Assembly (NCBI GenBank): GCA_001818315.1
Contig: MHKF01000011.1
Span: 1-42,824 of the forward strand
Direction of reading: 5' to 3'
DNA: 42,824 nt
From: Candidatus Kerfeldbacteria bacterium RIFCSPLOWO2_02_FULL_42_19
GTDB lineage: Bacteria > Patescibacteriota > Patescibacteriia > HO2-48-17
In this document: positions 38,673 to 42,824 of the stretch, in pieces
Layout of the letters: every line of letters begins with the position of its first letter
Numbering within the stretch: position 1 is the stretch's first letter
Translations under genes and position numbers: made by a program
The notes under the pieces: generated by a model
The model's input: only the letters and a program-made list of their open reading frames with translations
What the model was told of the DNA's origin: nothing
Databases searched by the model: none

Positions 38673-39404
38673 ATGCCGTCTCATCCACATACTCCCATTC
38701 TTACGATCTATAAACCTGCCGGTATCACCTCATTTGATGTGATACGGCGATTACGTCGCATTTTCCCCAATACGAAGATGGGACATGCTGGCACTCTAGA
38801 CCCCTTTGCGAGCGGCGTGCTCCTTGTAGCGTTTGGTCACACCACAAAAGAAATTCCACGTCTGCAAACTCTGGAAAAAGAATATGTTGCGACTCTCAAG
38901 CTCGGTACGATCAGCACAACATATGATCCGACCGGTGTGCTCATTCATGTGTGTCCGCGCTTTCAGAAGCAACAGTTTACCAAGTATCAGCAATATTTCC
39001 CTGTTTTTTTCAAAAAAATAAACTGTGAACCGCCTTCTCGTCAACAGATACGAGTTGTTCTTCATCAATTCGTTGGAAATATCGATCAAATCCCTCCGGT
39101 TTTTTCTGCAAAAAAACTTCGTGGCGTACGCGCGTATATTTTAGCTCGAGAAGGTAAGCCCGTGATACCTCCTCCTCGCAAGGTCTCGATACGCGCGATT
39201 TCCGTTCTTTCTTACCGATGGCCGGTACTTACAATCTGCGTTGTGTGTGGCAGCGGTACCTATATTCGCTCACTCGCCTATGATATCGGCATGCGCTTGG
39301 GTTGCGGTGCGTATCTCTCGGCGCTTGTCCGTACCCGCATTGGAAGATTTCGAGTGAAAGATGCCAAGCGACTGTCAGTGTTCTCAACACGTTCGGTAGC
39401 GTAA
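38673..39404 (+). CDS. truB: tRNA pseudouridine(55) synthase
   Basis: KPAGITSFD, GHAGTLDPFASGVL, PPVFSAKK, CGSGTYIRSL. Confidence 0.95.
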   Translation: MPSHPHTPILTIYKPAGITSFDVIRRLRRIFPNTKMGHAGTLDPFASGVLLVAFGHTTKEIPRLQTLEKEYVATLKLGTISTTYDPTGVLIHVCPRFQKQQFTKYQQYFPVFFKKINCEPPSRQQIRVVLHQFVGNIDQIPPVFSAKKLRGVRAYILAREGKPVIPPPRKVSIRAISVLSYRWPVLTICVVCGSGTYIRSLAYDIGMRLGCGAYLSALVRTRIGRFRVKDAKRLSVFSTRSVA

Positions 39405-39415
39405 TACCTTTTTCG

Positions 39416-39444
39416 TTGACAGGACCCATTCTAATTGTTAGTTT
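39416..39444 (+). promoter_or_regulatory. Probable sigma70 promoter for tRNA-Lys
   Basis: TTGACA-17 nt-TAGTTT, 45 nt upstream of the tRNA. Confidence 0.5.
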
Positions 39445-39489
39445 ATATCTGTTTAGGAATGACGCGTAATTTCTACTGTGATTCTATTG

Positions 39490-39564
39490 GGGTCGTTAGC
39501 TCAGTGGTAGAGCGCCGGCCTTTTAAGCCGGGCGTCGCAGGTTCAATCCCTGCACGACCCACCA
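39490..39564 (+). tRNA. tRNA-Lys(TTT) with encoded CCA
   Basis: GGGTCGT/ACGACCC acceptor, CCGGC-CTTTTAA-GCCGG anticodon arm, GGTTCAATCCC, ACCA. Confidence 0.95.
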
Positions 39565-39623
39565 ATTAGGAAAAATTTTTTGAAGCTCATTTGCGATAAA
39601 TACTTCTCAATATTCATTCCCGT

Positions 39624-40068
39624 ATGAAAATTACCATGTGTGGAAGCATTGTATTCATTGACGAAATGCAAGAAACAAAAAACCAATTAGAGACACTTGG
39701 ACATGAAGTCAAGTTGCCGCCATCAGAAATCATTGATGAAAATGGGAAGGCTATTCCAGCGAAAAAATATTATGCTTTACGGAAAGCTACGAATACGACC
39801 GAAGGATGGATTTGGGACAGAAAGACAGAAGCGATGCGAAATCACTTTGATAAAGTAATGTGGGCAGAGAGTATTTTAGTTCTAAATTATGATAAGAAAA
39901 ATATTCTCAATTACATTGGCGCGAATACACTTTTAGAGATGGGGCTGGCATTTCACCATGGAAAAAAAAATTTTCCTTTTAAAACCAATCCCCGAAATTG
40001 CATACAAGGAGGAAATTCTTGGCATGCGCCCGATCGTCATTCATGAAAACTTATCACTGATTGTATAG
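39624..40068 (+). pseudogene. Nucleoside 2-deoxyribosyltransferase-like fold protein, frameshifted at an A9 tract
   Basis: KITMCGS, ILVLN, YIGANTLLEMGLAF; removing one A at 39962-39970 gives KKIFLLKPIPEIAYKEEILGMRPIVIHENLSLIV*. Confidence 0.7.
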
Positions 40069-40322
40069 GCAGTGGAAAAATGAATAACCGAACGATAAGA
40101 CTGCTTTTGATCTTTTCACATATCGTTTTCGTAATGTATCCACATAATGATGACGCGCTTTCCTGTCCATGGTAGTGGAAATGATGTTGATAATTTCCAT
40201 AAAAATACCATGCAGCTTCGGTGTCATTATTATATCGGAGAACCAATAGGTCTCTGGCGTCATTTTAGATCGGTGAATGCGTCATTGTTGATTTTTTCGC
40301 GAAGGTGTGGTAAAATTTTATT

Positions 40323-40526
40323 ATGCACAATTGGAATATTGATCTCAAAGAACTCAAAAAGAATAAGAAACAATACACCATTTGGAAACTTGAGCAAATG
40401 GTGAATTTTGGTTTGACAGGAGAAAAGATCAACAAAAAAGAGTTAAAAAAATACTGGTATAAACTTGATCTTGATCCTGCTAAAAAGAAATTCCTTTCAC
40501 TTTTGTTATGGAAAAAACCATCCTAA
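40323..40526 (+). CDS. Small basic protein, putative partner/antitoxin of the AbiEii-type NTase
   Basis: 67-aa ORF overlapping the start of the downstream NTase; upstream TTGATT...TAAAAT promoter-like sequence. Confidence 0.7.
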   Translation: MHNWNIDLKELKKNKKQYTIWKLEQMVNFGLTGEKINKKELKKYWYKLDLDPAKKKFLSLLLWKKPS

Positions 40527-41170
40527 CGAAACATCAAGCAACTATCTTGGATCATTTATCATGGGAGAAAGATGTTCATGAAAATTTCTATCTCAGCGGT
40601 GGAACGGCTTTGGCAGAATTTTATCTGCATCATCGTCTCTCTGAGGATCTCGATTTCTTTTCTGAAAAAGAATTTGATCCGCAGGTCATTCAAGTCGTAC
40701 TGAAAAAAATTCAAAAAAAAGTTAAGCTAAAAAAAATTGACTTTCAGCAAAGCTTCAATCGGAATCTCTTTTTTCTTTCGATTGGTAACGATATTGTTAA
40801 AACAGAATTCACATATTTTCCATTTTCACCCATAACCAACGGAATGAACTACAATGAATTAAGGATTGACAGTCTTTTGGATATAGCGGTCAACAAAGTA
40901 TTCACTATTTATCAAAAACCTCGATCCCGAGATTTTATAGATCTCTATTGTATTCTTCAAAAAGAAAGATGGCCGTTTGAAAATCTGATCAAAAAAGCAA
41001 AAATCAAATTCGATTGGCATGTTGATCCCGTGCAAATGGGAAGCCAGCTTATGAAAGTTAATGAGTTGAAAGATTTTCCCCATATGACAAAAAAGATCCG
41101 CGATAGCGAGTGGCAGAAATTTTTTCTCAAAAAAGCAGAGGAACTGGCGGGTCAAATATTTAAAAAATAA
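40508..41170 (+). CDS. AbiEii/AbiGii-family nucleotidyltransferase
   Basis: FYLSGGTAL...HRLSEDLDFF, NKV, RSRDFIDLY. Confidence 0.88.
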   Translation: MEKTILTKHQATILDHLSWEKDVHENFYLSGGTALAEFYLHHRLSEDLDFFSEKEFDPQVIQVVLKKIQKKVKLKKIDFQQSFNRNLFFLSIGNDIVKTEFTYFPFSPITNGMNYNELRIDSLLDIAVNKVFTIYQKPRSRDFIDLYCILQKERWPFENLIKKAKIKFDWHVDPVQMGSQLMKVNELKDFPHMTKKIRDSEWQKFFLKKAEELAGQIFKK

Positions 41171-41175
41171 AAAAC

Positions 41176-41213
41176 ATGCCGAGGAGCGTGTTGCTACTCG
41201 GCGTAATTTTTTT
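41176..41213 (+). terminator. Intrinsic terminator
   Basis: ATGCCGAG.AGC/GCT.CTCGGCGT stem followed by a T7 tract. Confidence 0.65.
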
Positions 41214-41303
41214 ACTCACACAAAGAACTTTTCAAAGAGCAGGTAGACACGCGCCAACCGCTTATATCACTCACCTCTTACACTACTACCTACTTCCTGC
41301 TGC

Positions 41304-42791
41304 TTACTTCTGCGCAGTAGGCATGTTAGCGACCCGCTCAAAGTAGTGGACGAATGTACGAATACCACCAGCAGCCTGGCGCCAGTCAAAATTCTCATTG
41401 GTGCCATGATAGTTGTGCGTGGGCAACGAAAGCCCAAGTAAAACTACCGGCAAACCAGGCAGAAGTTCGGTGAAATGAATCACCGCACCAATCGAACCAC
41501 CACAGCGATCAAATACCACTTCCGGATATCCGAATCCTGTCTTGAACGCTTCTGCTGCAGCCTGCAGGTAGGGCCCCTTGGGATCCATCGCAAATGGTCG
41601 GCTAACTCCACCGCGCCGAATAATCACCATGTCCGAATCAATCCGCGCCACATGCTTACGCAGTGCTTGCTCGAATTGAACTGGGTCCTGACCAGGCCCA
41701 AGTCTGCAACTCACATGCGCGCGTGCGTAACCAGGAATCTCGGTTTTGACAGCACCCGCAGGTTCCGTCACTCCACCAATGATCCCTGTGACCTCAAAGG
41801 TGGGGAGATTCCAAATGCGATTCAGAAGATCCGGAACAGAACCCGCAAAGCAGGAGCGGAGACCAAAATCGCGCTTGAATGTTTCCAGTGTAATCGCGTC
41901 GGTTTGTGCGAATGCCTCCAGCGCCTCCGCTGGTAAAGGCGCAAGACCATCGTGTGCACCTCGGACAGCCACCCATCCAGCCTCATCTACTGAAGCGGCG
42001 ATCACGTGCGAAAGACGGATGATCGGATTGGTCGCGACCCCACCACACAAACCGGAGTGTACCCCTTTGGCTCGATTCCTGTCATCGATTGCGGTCGTCA
42101 GTTCAAACGTGAAGTTTATCACTCCACGCAATCCGCAACTGACTGACGGAACATGCACCGCAGGCCAGATGGTATCCGAAATCAGAAGCGAAGGCGACGA
42201 AAGTCCTTGCAGGTCATCTTTGATCTGCGCGAGTATTTCCGGAAAGTGCATACTCCCATCTTCTTCCTCACTTTCCCAAACCACGACGAAGTTCAAAGGC
42301 AATCCGCGCAGGAGCGCAAACTTGATCGCAAGAAGACCAACCAAAGCCGGACCCTTGTCATCGGTGGTTCCGCGCCCGAAGTACTGTCGTCCGACTTTTG
42401 GCGCATCAAGTATCACAAGTTCAAACGGCTCAGTATCCCAGCCATCCTTCTGCTCAGCCGGCTGAACATCCAAATGATTGTACAGGATGATCGTTGGCCA
42501 TTTCCGATGTCGGATGCACTTCCAGTACACTGCAGGGAGTCCATTGTCCCAGCCAATCAACCTAGACTTGGTGTCCACCTTCGTGCCGCCCTTCATGAGT
42601 ATTTGAAGGTACTCTTCTGCGGATAAGATGCACCGCCGGACATCTGGCTTGCACACCGCGTGTTGACTGACACTGGGAATCTCCACGAGGGTCCGCAGAC
42701 CGTCTTCAAACGGCTCTTGTGCCGCTATGATATACTGGTCCAGATCACCAGCTGCTTCACTCATCATCAGAAACTCTTTTAAAGAACTCAT
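41304..42791 (-). CDS. M20 family metallopeptidase (dipeptidase/ArgE-DapE-like)
   Basis: YNHLDVQP, GRGTTDDKG, ESEEE, HSG..GG, HGTNE; SD GAAAGGAG. Confidence 0.9.
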   Translation of the reverse strand: MSSLKEFLMMSEAAGDLDQYIIAAQEPFEDGLRTLVEIPSVSQHAVCKPDVRRCILSAEEYLQILMKGGTKVDTKSRLIGWDNGLPAVYWKCIRHRKWPTIILYNHLDVQPAEQKDGWDTEPFELVILDAPKVGRQYFGRGTTDDKGPALVGLLAIKFALLRGLPLNFVVVWESEEEDGSMHFPEILAQIKDDLQGLSSPSLLISDTIWPAVHVPSVSCGLRGVINFTFELTTAIDDRNRAKGVHSGLCGGVATNPIIRLSHVIAASVDEAGWVAVRGAHDGLAPLPAEALEAFAQTDAITLETFKRDFGLRSCFAGSVPDLLNRIWNLPTFEVTGIIGGVTEPAGAVKTEIPGYARAHVSCRLGPGQDPVQFEQALRKHVARIDSDMVIIRRGGVSRPFAMDPKGPYLQAAAEAFKTGFGYPEVVFDRCGGSIGAVIHFTELLPGLPVVLLGLSLPTHNYHGTNENFDWRQAAGGIRTFVHYFERVANMPTAQK

Positions 42792-42824
42792 CACATTCTC
42801 CTTTCTGTTATGAGTAACATGTAT

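Noticed and set aside
40054-40263. 69-aa minus-strand ORF
   Set aside because: No motif or RBS and overlaps the restored end of the frameshifted gene; insufficient support.

Overview
A 42.8-kb, gene-dense, standard-code bacterial chromosome segment. Gene content suggests Patescibacteria/CPR (inference): archaeal-type aspS next to asnS, short HrcA, VirD4-like ATPase, DUF5667, VirB2-like pilin, and core genes without Shine-Dalgarno sites. The core genes are gltX, dnaX, the hrcA-grpE-hsp20-dnaK-dnaJ operon with a perfect CIRCE and sigma70 promoter, gap, a DD-carboxypeptidase, scpAB, ybaK-like, aspS, asnS, a P-type ATPase, truB, an M20 peptidase and three tRNAs (Gln-CTG, Glu-CTC, Lys-TTT). Small accessory units are interspersed: an OLD-family nuclease, a DUF2652 cyclase-like gene, an AbiEii-type pair, and a DUF5678 + retropepsin cassette bracketed by a ~70-bp direct repeat. 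The most unusual signals are: (i) three long related hairpins with a shared CAC-AC...A-GTG apex in consecutive intergenic regions around a pilin fused to an M15-like peptidase domain; (ii) a membrane-anchored Clp ATPase with only the first AAA+ module; (iii) a MITE that supplies a stop codon; (iv) two rod-like candidate ncRNAs; and (v) two single-lesion gene disruptions (an in-frame TGA and an A9 frameshift). All family calls come from motif recognition, not database searches.
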